A DNA stretch of 64,000 nt, taken from positions 32,001-96,000 of the forward strand of contig CBDCCS010000021.1 of NCBI GenBank assembly GCA_965214935.1, in the 5' to 3' direction. Origin of the DNA: Candidatus Velthaea sp. GTDB taxonomy: Bacteria; Vulcanimicrobiota; Vulcanimicrobiia; Vulcanimicrobiales; Vulcanimicrobiaceae. A program made the position numbers and the translations under genes. Positions within the stretch are counted from its first letter, which is position 1. The number at the start of each line of letters is the position of its first letter. Below are positions 39,716 to 48,809 of this stretch, piece after piece. The notes under the pieces were generated by a model. The model searched no databases. It was not told the DNA's origin and saw only the letters and a list, made by a program, of their open reading frames with translations.

Positions 39716-42274
39716 GTGACTCTGTTAGCTCGGCACGTCATTGCACTTGCCGCATGTTTTGGTTTTGCTGCGGCCACGGTTGCCGCACCGGGCCGCTATG
39801 CAGCGGCATCGGCCGCCGGCGTCGATACCGTATCGAACGGTAGCGTTGCCGGTAGAGTATTGAATGGGGACGGTTTTCCGGTCGGCGACGCCGTCGTCTC
39901 GTTACAGAAAAGAGGCACAACGGCAGCGGGCCGCACGGACGCTGCCGGCGCATTTCGCTTATCGAATCTCGAGGCCGGAACCTACGCAATCCGCGTCAGC
40001 GCGCCGGGCTTCGAGCCGCTCGGGCCGCGGCCGATCGGCGTTTCGCGTTCGGCGACGACCGACATCGCACTGGCACTCGTTCGTTCATCATCATCGCTGC
40101 TAACGATCGGGCGGGTCGCGGCGAACGGCGGCGAGGCCTTGTCGACATCGTCCGCACCGGCGTCGACAATGAATCCGCAAAATTACGTCGCTGAAGGCTT
40201 TACGCGGATAAGCGACGTGCTGCAGGACGACATATCGACGACGCTCGTCCATCCCGTCGGCGGCGGCAGCACCGTTTTGCCGACGTCCGTTGCCTTGCGC
40301 GGTCCCGACCCGACAGAGACCCTCGTCGATATCGATGGACATCAAGTCAACAGCGGAAGCACCGGCGACTTCGATTTATCGCTTCTCGATCCAGCCGATT
40401 ACGGCAGTATTGAACTCGTCAGAGGCATTTCGCCGTCGGCCCTCGTCGGACCCGACACGATCGACGGCGCTATTAATATCCGCACGCTCGAGCCGACAAT
40501 TGCTCCGCACGGCTTGTTACGGCTCTCGGCCGGGTCGTTCAATACATTTGGCGAGACCGTCCAGAGTACGGGCACCGTCGGGCGCCTCGGCTACGCGTTA
40601 TCACTGCATAATACGACCACCGACGGTGAAGTGTATGGGCCGGTGTTCGATACGACTTTGGGTCAAGAAGCGCGCGTCGGCAGCGGCATCGACGGGCAAA
40701 CGGCTTTGGCGAAGTTGCGTTACGCCTTCGGTACCAACGGCGGCGGCTATGCGGAATTGTCGTTCCACGATCAACGTGCGGTGCGCGATCTCTCCGCGGG
40801 CTTGAGCACGTATTCCGATCCGACAAACGGCACGACGCTGCCGAGCGTAACGGGATTCGAGGGCAGCTCTCTTGCGGCGCACAATGCCGGCTACGCGCTG
40901 GACGTCCGCGTGCCGCTCGGCGCAGGCGGCACAGCGGCGGCTGAACCGGCAAGCGTTCTGTTTCGGCATTACACGTCGCTCGTCGGACAGTCGGTTTTCG
41001 GTTCGGCCGCCGGAATATCTCCGTATCTCTATAACGACCGCGATCTCATCGGTGAGAATTCGCTCGAATTTGATAAACAGATTGCGAACGGGTCGCTGAC
41101 GCTGCAATATTCCGTACGCGACGAAAATCTAACGATCAGCGGTGCAAACGCCGGTTCGGGTGATATCAACCTCGAGTCGGTCGGCGTGCGGCTCACGCGT
41201 GACTTCTCGCGCTCGGCGCTCGGCGCCCGGCGCAACGGTCGAACGAGCGTAGCCGATGCAGGTACGAGTTCAGGACAGAATTTCAGCTCGACCGATACCG
41301 CCGATACGCTGCTGACGCAAACACAGCGCTCCGCGGTACTGCGCTACGTCTACGATCCGACCGCTAATTTACACCTCACCGCTGCGGCATATTACAGTGA
41401 CTACTCGAGCTTCGGTCACGAAACCGACCCGCGTTTCGGAATTGTCTATACGCCCGACGCGCGCTCGGCGATTCGATTTTCGCTCGGAACAACCTATCAA
41501 GCACCGCAGCTGCCCGAACTTTACGTGCCCGGCGTCTTGCCGGCGCCCGTCGGCGGATATATCACGACCGGTAACCCGGATCTCAAACCCGACCACGCGA
41601 CGGAGTACGGTATTGGTGTGTCGCACGTGTTTGAAGGCGGTGCGCACCGCACGGATGCCGCGCTCGATGTTTACCGCGTCAATCTGCGGACGCCGGCGAC
41701 CACGTTCGTTCAAGCCGGCGTTCTCGACCAAACATGCGGCGCAACCAGCAGCGGCGGCGACGGCGCACCGTGTTTATTCACGTATGCCGTCAATGCGGGC
41801 GGCGCCGTCTATCAAGGGTTCGAGATCTCGGCCCAACGCTTACTTGCACCGCACACGACGCTACGCGCCGGCTTTGCCGTTCGATCGGCCTTTCTCACCA
41901 GCGTTCCGCCGGAAATCCAAGACGGCACCTTCGTGCTCGATCAGCAAAGCCTCGGGCTGCCGCTGCAAAAAGCCCAGCTTACGTTGACGGGCGCGCCGTC
42001 GCGCGGGATAACGTTCCGTACGAACCTCGTTTATGAAGGCGCCTATAACGAGCTCAACGAGCCGCCGTACGTTACCGCGGACGCAGCAGTGGGCTATCGT
42101 TGGCCGGCGTTCGAGGTCGTGCTGTCAGGCACGAATCTTACAAACGTCTATGCGCGCCGTTTTACGACACCGGGTACCGGCGTGCCGCAAGCAACGTTAC
42201 TGGGCCCGCAAGCCACCGATGCATACGCCTTGCAAGGAACATCGTTCAACCTGAGCTTAGCGCGACGGTTTTGA
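39716..42274 (+). CDS. TonB-dependent receptor
   Basis: Signal peptide, carboxypeptidase-regulatory-like domain, plug (LRG, IDG, IELVRG, IDGAINIRT), GNPDLKPD, TNLTN, terminal Phe; GGGGAG RBS. Confidence 0.92.
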   Translation: MTLLARHVIALAACFGFAAATVAAPGRYAAASAAGVDTVSNGSVAGRVLNGDGFPVGDAVVSLQKRGTTAAGRTDAAGAFRLSNLEAGTYAIRVSAPGFEPLGPRPIGVSRSATTDIALALVRSSSSLLTIGRVAANGGEALSTSSAPASTMNPQNYVAEGFTRISDVLQDDISTTLVHPVGGGSTVLPTSVALRGPDPTETLVDIDGHQVNSGSTGDFDLSLLDPADYGSIELVRGISPSALVGPDTIDGAINIRTLEPTIAPHGLLRLSAGSFNTFGETVQSTGTVGRLGYALSLHNTTTDGEVYGPVFDTTLGQEARVGSGIDGQTALAKLRYAFGTNGGGYAELSFHDQRAVRDLSAGLSTYSDPTNGTTLPSVTGFEGSSLAAHNAGYALDVRVPLGAGGTAAAEPASVLFRHYTSLVGQSVFGSAAGISPYLYNDRDLIGENSLEFDKQIANGSLTLQYSVRDENLTISGANAGSGDINLESVGVRLTRDFSRSALGARRNGRTSVADAGTSSGQNFSSTDTADTLLTQTQRSAVLRYVYDPTANLHLTAAAYYSDYSSFGHETDPRFGIVYTPDARSAIRFSLGTTYQAPQLPELYVPGVLPAPVGGYITTGNPDLKPDHATEYGIGVSHVFEGGAHRTDAALDVYRVNLRTPATTFVQAGVLDQTCGATSSGGDGAPCLFTYAVNAGGAVYQGFEISAQRLLAPHTTLRAGFAVRSAFLTSVPPEIQDGTFVLDQQSLGLPLQKAQLTLTGAPSRGITFRTNLVYEGAYNELNEPPYVTADAAVGYRWPAFEVVLSGTNLTNVYARRFTTPGTGVPQATLLGPQATDAYALQGTSFNLSLARRF

Positions 42275-42289
42275 CAATCCGTCGCGGTC

Positions 42290-42874
42290 TTAGCGGAGGA
42301 CGATGTCGAGTGTGATATCGGCCGAATTACCGATAACCGGATCGAGCCGGGCGCCCTTCATGCCGAACGCGTGACGGTCGATCGGCCCGGTCGCGTGATA
42401 GACCGGGTGTAGCGGATCGCCGCTTATCGTAACGCTCAGTTTTTCCGGCCGCGTAACGCCGTGCAGCGTAAGCAATCCATGCATATCGAATCCGGCCGCA
42501 CCGGTGGTAACAATCTGCGTACTGCTAAAAGTCCATGTCGGAAAAACACGCACGTCGAAGTAGTCCGAACTCTCAAGCGCGGTGTCGCGGTCGGGCTCGT
42601 CGGTCTTGATGCGCGTCGCATCGAGCTCGGCGCTGACGCGAGTCGGGATGGCGCCGGCCGGCGGCAATTCGACGCTGCCGCTGCGAATCGCGACCGTTCC
42701 CGTGACGCGGTCGACGAAGATGTGCTGGATTGAAAACTGCGCTTTGGATCGAGCGACGTCGATCTCGCGTATCGGCGGAGCATCTGCAGCAGCGCCGGTG
42801 CTGCCGAGCGCCGCTATGAACGCCAATACCGCCGAGAAGGTGAAGCCGAGCTTACCACGTTCGATACGATGCAT
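42290..42874 (-). CDS. YceI-family lipid/polyisoprenoid-binding protein
   Basis: S.AQF.IQH, RD..L.S.DYFD...FP..TF.S, G.LTLHGVT, IDR..FG. Confidence 0.9.
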   Translation of the reverse strand: MHRIERGKLGFTFSAVLAFIAALGSTGAAADAPPIREIDVARSKAQFSIQHIFVDRVTGTVAIRSGSVELPPAGAIPTRVSAELDATRIKTDEPDRDTALESSDYFDVRVFPTWTFSSTQIVTTGAAGFDMHGLLTLHGVTRPEKLSVTISGDPLHPVYHATGPIDRHAFGMKGARLDPVIGNSADITLDIVLR

Positions 42875-43984
42875 CTAATGCGCGATCGTCAATTGGAAGT
42901 TTACGGTGTTGGTCGTCTGCGGCGTGTGCGCGACGACATCCTCGACGGTAACGCGCATGTGTTCCGACGGCGCGTAACCGAGCAGCAAAACGGCGTCCCG
43001 GCTAAAGATGCCGGTTGAATCGCTCGTCCCTTCGTAACGGCCCGACACGTAATACCGGCGGTTCAACTGATAACGCAGTTGCGTGAAGCCCCCGCTCGAC
43101 CCGCAACCGGTGTTGACGATTGCTCCGCACTGCGCATCCCAGCCGGTCAGCAACACCGACTCGCTCGACAAGCGTCCCCATTGATTCCACACGACGCCAT
43201 AGCCGGTACGCTCGAACGAATCATTCGTTCCCACCGGCGTCGGGCGCCGGCCGCCGTAGCGAAAAGCAGTAAGAGCAAGCGGACCGAGATTGTCCTGCAC
43301 TTCGACGAGCGCATCGGCGCCCAGCGATGCTAGGCCGCTTTGACGATCGTGTCCCGGTCCGCTGAAAAGCTGCAGGTTCAAACCGCGCACCGGATCGCCG
43401 GCACTAAGCCGGACGCCGATCTTCGGGTCGTAAAAATTAAATGGGTTCGCGCCGACGGTTTGTTCGTACGGCGCGTAGCCGGCATACGAATCGCGAAACG
43501 ATTCGGGATCGACGGGCAGCGGAAGTGTGAATGAACCGGCCTGCAGCGAAACGGGAATTCGCGCGCTCCATGGGTTGATGCGGTCGTTAATCCACGCGTC
43601 GCGCGTCAGTCCGTGAACTCCGCCGTCAACGACGTATTGCTCGATAAAATACGTTCCGCGCGTCCCGATTGCGCCGGACGTAAACAACTCGATTTCGTCG
43701 ACGATTGCCTTGGGCAGACCGGCCCCATCGGGTCCATCACCTTGCCGCTCGCTTGAGTCGACCAAGTTGAGCTTTGCCGAGAACGGAAACGCCGGACCGG
43801 GTTGCAGCCCGGGAATGCGGTCGCCGGCAGCAGTGAAAGCGGCGCCGAACGCATTCAAATGCGGAATGACCGAATGGCACTTAGCGCACGACACTTCGTA
43901 TTGTTGCGAAAACAGCGGGATGGCCCAAGCGGCGCGCGGTGCATGGAAGAACACCAGGATTGCCGTCGCCAAAACCACCTTCAC
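42875..43984 (-). CDS. monoheme cytochrome c / beta-barrel fusion (Cyc2-like)
   Basis: Signal AWA then IPLFSQQYEVSCAKCHSVIPHLNAFGAAF, followed by porin-like amphipathic strands. Confidence 0.8.
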   Translation of the reverse strand: MKVVLATAILVFFHAPRAAWAIPLFSQQYEVSCAKCHSVIPHLNAFGAAFTAAGDRIPGLQPGPAFPFSAKLNLVDSSERQGDGPDGAGLPKAIVDEIELFTSGAIGTRGTYFIEQYVVDGGVHGLTRDAWINDRINPWSARIPVSLQAGSFTLPLPVDPESFRDSYAGYAPYEQTVGANPFNFYDPKIGVRLSAGDPVRGLNLQLFSGPGHDRQSGLASLGADALVEVQDNLGPLALTAFRYGGRRPTPVGTNDSFERTGYGVVWNQWGRLSSESVLLTGWDAQCGAIVNTGCGSSGGFTQLRYQLNRRYYVSGRYEGTSDSTGIFSRDAVLLLGYAPSEHMRVTVEDVVAHTPQTTNTVNFQLTIAH

Positions 43985-44190
43985 GATTCGTCGATACAAA
44001 TTAGGTGAACCTAAACTCCGCATGAGGCTTGGCTATTGGGTATCGTAGCCGGACCTCCTGCGAGGGCTCGGCGCAACGTCGGTGCTGGTCGCGCCGCCAC
44101 GCCGAAGGCTCGCTTCTAGCCGGCTGAAGCGCGGCGATGTACGGCCGTGACATGCCGCAGAGACGAGTGCTTGATGTGCCGTGAACCCGA

Positions 44191-45366
44191 TCAGCGGGTG
44201 TCGAAGTGCTCCGCGCCGACCGGCACGCGAAAGGGCAGATGGCCGAGTCCGCTTTTTGTGAAAACAACTTGCCAGATATGAATGGCGCGAGCTTGAAACA
44301 AACCGCGCGCCATTAAGAGATAGTACGTCCAAGTTCGGTAAAAGCGTTGGTCGTACGCGTCTTCGATCTGCGACCAGTGCGCTTTGAAGTTATCGAGCCA
44401 GGCGCGAAGCGTTTGCTCGTAATCCGTTCCAAAGTGATGCATCGCTTCGACGACGAAAAGCTGTTCGGCGGAAACGAGCAGCTGCGTAAGCGACGGAATT
44501 TCTCCGTTTGGAAAGATGTACTTCGTGATCCACGGGATTTGCGCAGAACCAACGGGCTCGTTGCCCACGATTGTATGCAGCAAGAACACACCGTCGTCTT
44601 TGAGGCAGCGGTCGACGACATTCATGAACGTCTGGTAATACCGGTGACCGACATGCTCGAACATGCCGATCGAGACCACGCGATCGAATCGTTCGGTCAT
44701 GGTGCGATAATCTTGCAAGCGGATGTCGACGCGAGAACCGGCGCAATGCTTTCGCGCATAGGCGGCCTGTTCTTTCGATATCGTTATTCCGACGACGTCG
44801 ACTCCATAATGTTCGGCAGCGTATTTCGCCCAGCCACCCCAGCCGCAACCGATGTCGAGCACGCGCATACCGGGCTTAAGACCGAGCTTCGTGCACGTCA
44901 AGGCGAGCTTATTTTCTTGCGCCTGATCGAGAGTCGCGGCGTCGCGCCAATAAGCACAACTGTAAATCATCCGTTTGTCGAGCATGACCTCGAAGAGGTC
45001 GTTGCCTAAATCGTAATGACGCCGGCCGACCTCGAAGGCTGTTTTTGCTGCACCGGCTTGACGGGATTGGAAGCGCGACAGTACGTCGAGCGCGAACGTG
45101 ACGAGTGATCGCCGACGCAGATTCGTCTCGGCCAAGCGACACATGACTTCATCGATTCGATCCGCGTCCCACAGGCCGTCGACATACGCTTCGCCGAGTC
45201 CAAGTGCGCCGTGCAGCGCCAGTCGCTTATAAAAGGCGTCATCCAAAACGCGTATATCCGCTGCGTGCGGACCATCGATGCGGATACCGGCACGCGCAAA
45301 ATAGCGTTGAACGATTGCTTTGAGCCGCGGACTGTTTCGGCCGGAAGCGGCAGGTGAAGCACTCAT
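44191..45366 (-). CDS. cfa: cyclopropane-fatty-acyl-phospholipid synthase
   Basis: LGEAY.DG.W, HYDLGNDLF, M.YSCAYW, LDIGCGWG, SIGMFEHVG, KYIFPNG. Confidence 0.95.
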   Translation of the reverse strand: MSASPAASGRNSPRLKAIVQRYFARAGIRIDGPHAADIRVLDDAFYKRLALHGALGLGEAYVDGLWDADRIDEVMCRLAETNLRRRSLVTFALDVLSRFQSRQAGAAKTAFEVGRRHYDLGNDLFEVMLDKRMIYSCAYWRDAATLDQAQENKLALTCTKLGLKPGMRVLDIGCGWGGWAKYAAEHYGVDVVGITISKEQAAYARKHCAGSRVDIRLQDYRTMTERFDRVVSIGMFEHVGHRYYQTFMNVVDRCLKDDGVFLLHTIVGNEPVGSAQIPWITKYIFPNGEIPSLTQLLVSAEQLFVVEAMHHFGTDYEQTLRAWLDNFKAHWSQIEDAYDQRFYRTWTYYLLMARGLFQARAIHIWQVVFTKSGLGHLPFRVPVGAEHFDTR

Positions 45367-45540
45367 TGGCAATACGTCCTCGATCGTTCAGATGAACGAC
45401 ACAACTTCGACGGCGGCAGGCCGCTGTTCGGTAAGCAAGCAACAAAACGCTTCCCTCGAGGTACCGGACGGCTTCTAAGCCGATGCCGGCTTGATTCGTA
45501 CTGCCGCATAACGACCGACGGCTAGCGCAGCTCGCGCTAT

Positions 45541-45569
45541 AAAAAAAAGCCCCGCTTATCAGCGAGGCT
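45541..45569 (-). terminator. intrinsic terminator
   Basis: Minus strand agcctcgct-gata-agcggggc followed by 8 T. Confidence 0.85.
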
Positions 45570-45593
45570 CGAGACGATGAACGGCGTTGAGAT

Positions 45594-46262
45594 TTAGTGG
45601 TAAGCGGCGAGTTTTACCGACGTTGCGCCGAGTGCCTGCGCTAAATCATAATGCGCTTGATCGGAGATCTTATGGTAGTTAGCATCGGCTTTGAGGCCGT
45701 ACTTGGAATCGATATCTTGCATAACTTGCTCGTGAATGGCATTCGTCACCAAGTGATCGAGTTGCGTTCCTTCGTAGTACGTCCCGCGGCTCAGGCCCAA
45801 CGTGACGACGCGTACGGCAAGCGTCTTACCCGTGAGCTTGGGCGCCGGAAATTTGACGCCGGCGGCAGTAGCGATTTTAACGGCGTCATTGACCGCAAAA
45901 TTCTGCACGGCGACATACGAGCCGACCGACGTCGCTCCGTATTGTTTGGTAAGTTTAGCGACTTCCGCGTTTGCCGTCGTTTCGCCGGCAAGAGCCGTTA
46001 ACGCAGTGACGATCGAGAAGTGCCCCGGCGCGCCGCCGGCGGTAACGAGCGAAATTGCGGCTTGCAGATCGGGTTTACCCGTGTAGGTATGGCCGTCGCC
46101 GCCCATGCGGCCGGCAGGCATACCATGATCCGGCCCGGTCCTCATACCCGTCATCGTATCGCTCGACATCATCATTGCGACCGACTCGTGCGCATTTGCG
46201 ATGCTCGGTCCGGTTACGATTGCGACGGCAGCAAGAACCGGCAGCAAAGCTTTCTTGAACAT
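45594..46262 (-). CDS. secreted helical protein with Met/His-rich N-terminus, unknown function
   Basis: GGAGGA RBS, signal peptide ending ANA, MMM..M..M...H.M segment, C-terminal DHL..IH..V..DI...YH...HYDL. Confidence 0.85.
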   Translation of the reverse strand: MFKKALLPVLAAVAIVTGPSIANAHESVAMMMSSDTMTGMRTGPDHGMPAGRMGGDGHTYTGKPDLQAAISLVTAGGAPGHFSIVTALTALAGETTANAEVAKLTKQYGATSVGSYVAVQNFAVNDAVKIATAAGVKFPAPKLTGKTLAVRVVTLGLSRGTYYEGTQLDHLVTNAIHEQVMQDIDSKYGLKADANYHKISDQAHYDLAQALGATSVKLAAYH

Positions 46263-46424
46263 GTATTCCTCCAGAGAATGATTACACCGGCTTAACGCGT
46301 GATTGCTAGCAGCAGATTCGATAACAATGATAAAGAGATTAAACTTGACATTTGATGCCGTCGATCGAGCGCGGAACGTCGCTAATTTTTCAATGCATTC
46401 GGTCGTTGACCGTCGCACGGCAGC

Positions 46425-47144
46425 TCAGCCGTGCGTTGCGGTGCGCTTGGAAACGAGCGGCACCGGCTCTTCGACCGCCGGTTTGAGCTTCATGACGGCG
46501 CGCAGGGATAAAAATCCGAACGCGACTTTGGCCAAAACATCGAGCGCGGTGTACCAAAGTGTTTGCGGCGCCGCCGGCATGACGCGCAGTCCTTCGTCGC
46601 CTAAGAGCCACACGATGGGATATTGAAACCACAAGATGGTGAGAACGGCAATGAGCTGCGTATAGACGCGGCCGCGGCCGATGCGCGTCGCTTCAATTCG
46701 TAGCGGCTGCCACAAGATTACTAAGACCGCCACGAATGCAACCGAACTGAATGCATACCAAACCCAGCGCGAGGCATCGACGGATAATCCGCCGGCAAGA
46801 CCGGTAAGAATCATGAAGATGTCGGCGGCGATCGCGCCGTAGATGCGCGTCTTATCGGCGCTCAGAGACCGAATGCCGATCGTTGCCGTGCCGAGGATCA
46901 GCAACGGCGTCGTGATGGCCCAATCGATATAACGTGCAATGACGATTTCATGACCGTCCGCAAGCGTCAAATGTGTTTGGCCGATTGCCATTGCAAAATA
47001 GCTCGCGGTTGCGACCAGCACGATTAAGATGCTTGTGAGGAAGTGGTGTTTATCGCCCTCGCGCGCGCGAAAACTCATGCCGATGAATGCAAGCAGCCCG
47101 AAAGCCATGCAAATTTCGCCGGTCCATAACGATGCCGACAGCAT
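46425..47144 (-). CDS. microbial (type 1) rhodopsin, DTG motif
   Basis: 7 TM; helix C RYIDWAITTPLLILG, helix F W..YPIVW, helix G DVLAK (retinal Lys). Confidence 0.95.
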   Translation of the reverse strand: MLSASLWTGEICMAFGLLAFIGMSFRAREGDKHHFLTSILIVLVATASYFAMAIGQTHLTLADGHEIVIARYIDWAITTPLLILGTATIGIRSLSADKTRIYGAIAADIFMILTGLAGGLSVDASRWVWYAFSSVAFVAVLVILWQPLRIEATRIGRGRVYTQLIAVLTILWFQYPIVWLLGDEGLRVMPAAPQTLWYTALDVLAKVAFGFLSLRAVMKLKPAVEEPVPLVSKRTATHG

Positions 47145-47268
47145 TACGATGAGCCTGCCTTTCGAGACAAATGCATAAGATCGTTCGTGTAATTATTGTT
47201 CTCGACGGCCAAGCGAAACGCGCTTGCTTCGGTGCATTGAATGCCGATCGGAGAGCGCAGCGACGTCG

Positions 47269-48486
47269 TTACAAGCGCCTTCGAAACACAATGCCGTTGG
47301 CGATTGCGCCGATCGCCATGACGGCACTCGTCGCAAAAAAAACGGCTCGCATCCCGGAGTGAGCGCCGATTGCCGCGCCCAGCAACGGTCCGGTGACGTT
47401 TCCGACGTACTGAGCGGAAACGGAATATCCGAGCACCGTACCTGCGACGGCTTCGGCTGCGGCGTGCCGAATGACGCTGGCTATGCAGGGCAACATTCCG
47501 CCGAGCGCCATGCCCATGAGCAGCCGTAGTGCAACGAGTTGCCAGCTCGTGGTGACCAACGCTTGCGGCACGAGCAAGATCGCCGCCGCAGCCAGACACC
47601 CGATCAACACCTTAATGGGGCCGACTCGATCGGCGAGCTTGCCCAAAAATGGCGCCGAGATGACACTGCCCAGCGCGCCGGCCGACATAACGATGCCCGC
47701 CACGAGCGTAACCTGCCGCGCGCTCACGAATTGCGCGACGTAAATGGTGATAATGGGCTCGATCGACATCGTCGCGAGCATGACCAGCGTGCCGGTCAGA
47801 AGCATCGTCACGAGCGGACGGGTGAGTACGGAACCGGCACGGTGCCCGGACGGCTTCAAAACGCGCACCGGTCGTGGCTGCTCCTTGACGAACAACGCCG
47901 TCGCCACAAAGGCCGCAAAAATAACGCCGCCGGCCAGAAAAAACGTCGATCGAATGCCGATCAGCGCCGGAAATGCACCGCCGATAAGCGGGCCGATCAG
48001 ACTGCCGGTCATGATCCCGGACGACAGAACTCCCAGCGCCCAACCGGTTCGAGCTTTCGGCGTTTGGGTCGCAACGAGCACGGTCGACGCCGAAGCATAA
48101 CCGCCCAGCAAACCAGCGAGCAGCCTCAGTGCGACGAGTTGCCAGACGTCATGCGCCATACCGAGCAGCGACATTGCAATTGCCATGCCGAGGCTCGCGC
48201 GGACGAGCATCAGCTTACGGCCGTAACGGTCGGCGAGACGTCCCCATAACGGCGCGACGAGTCCGGCTGCCAGGAACGTCGCGCCGAAAGCGACACCCGA
48301 CCACCACACGATGCCGGCGCGATCGCGCACGCCGAGTTCTTCGACGTACAGCGGCAGAAAGGGCAAGAGCAGGGTCATCGCAACAAGCGTGGTGATCGAC
48401 CCGAACACGCACACCGCAAGGTTGCGGCGCCAATAGATCGAGCCGTCGGCGTTACTTACAGCTGCTTCCCGAAGCGCATCCGTCAT
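47269..48486 (-). CDS. MFS transporter (DHA1, MdtG-like)
   Basis: WRRNL, LPFLPLY, P.WG.LADRYGRK.M..RA. Confidence 0.9.
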   Translation of the reverse strand: MTDALREAAVSNADGSIYWRRNLAVCVFGSITTLVAMTLLLPFLPLYVEELGVRDRAGIVWWSGVAFGATFLAAGLVAPLWGRLADRYGRKLMLVRASLGMAIAMSLLGMAHDVWQLVALRLLAGLLGGYASASTVLVATQTPKARTGWALGVLSSGIMTGSLIGPLIGGAFPALIGIRSTFFLAGGVIFAAFVATALFVKEQPRPVRVLKPSGHRAGSVLTRPLVTMLLTGTLVMLATMSIEPIITIYVAQFVSARQVTLVAGIVMSAGALGSVISAPFLGKLADRVGPIKVLIGCLAAAAILLVPQALVTTSWQLVALRLLMGMALGGMLPCIASVIRHAAAEAVAGTVLGYSVSAQYVGNVTGPLLGAAIGAHSGMRAVFFATSAVMAIGAIANGIVFRRRL

Positions 48487-48577
48487 GCGCTCACCGCAAC
48501 GCTCGCCATCGCCCGATCAACGCCGCGCTTACGTCTGCGAACGGCACTCGCACACGGCAGCGGATCACGAGAATACA

Positions 48578-48650
48578 TGGGCGATGACGGGCTCGAACCG
48601 CCGACCTTGTCCGTGTAAAGGACCTGCTCTCCCAGCTGAGCTAATCGCCC
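48578..48650 (-). tRNA. tRNA-Val(TAC)
   Basis: GGGCGAT-TA-GCTC..GAGC-A-GGTCC-TTTACAC-GGACA-AGGTC-GGCGG-TTCGAGC-CCGTC-ATCGCCC-A cloverleaf; CCA not encoded. Confidence 0.95.
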
Positions 48651-48809
48651 GAACGTACGCGCAACGTTTATTTCGCACGACGCTGCCGTGTTCCCATGCC
48701 GATCTGTTTGCGTCGCCGGCCGAACGTCTCAGCAGTCGTACTTCATCCGCTTGTCGCGGAGCAACGGCGCTTCCCAAGGAGGCATCCCGGCGTTTCGGAA
48801 CGAGACGGT

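Noticed and set aside
46425..47144. Xenorhodopsin or sensory rhodopsin call
   Set aside because: The D212 equivalent is Asp rather than Pro, and no transducer gene is adjacent
48578..48650. Active integrative element at tRNA-Val
   Set aside because: No integrase and no duplicated tRNA 3' end noticed
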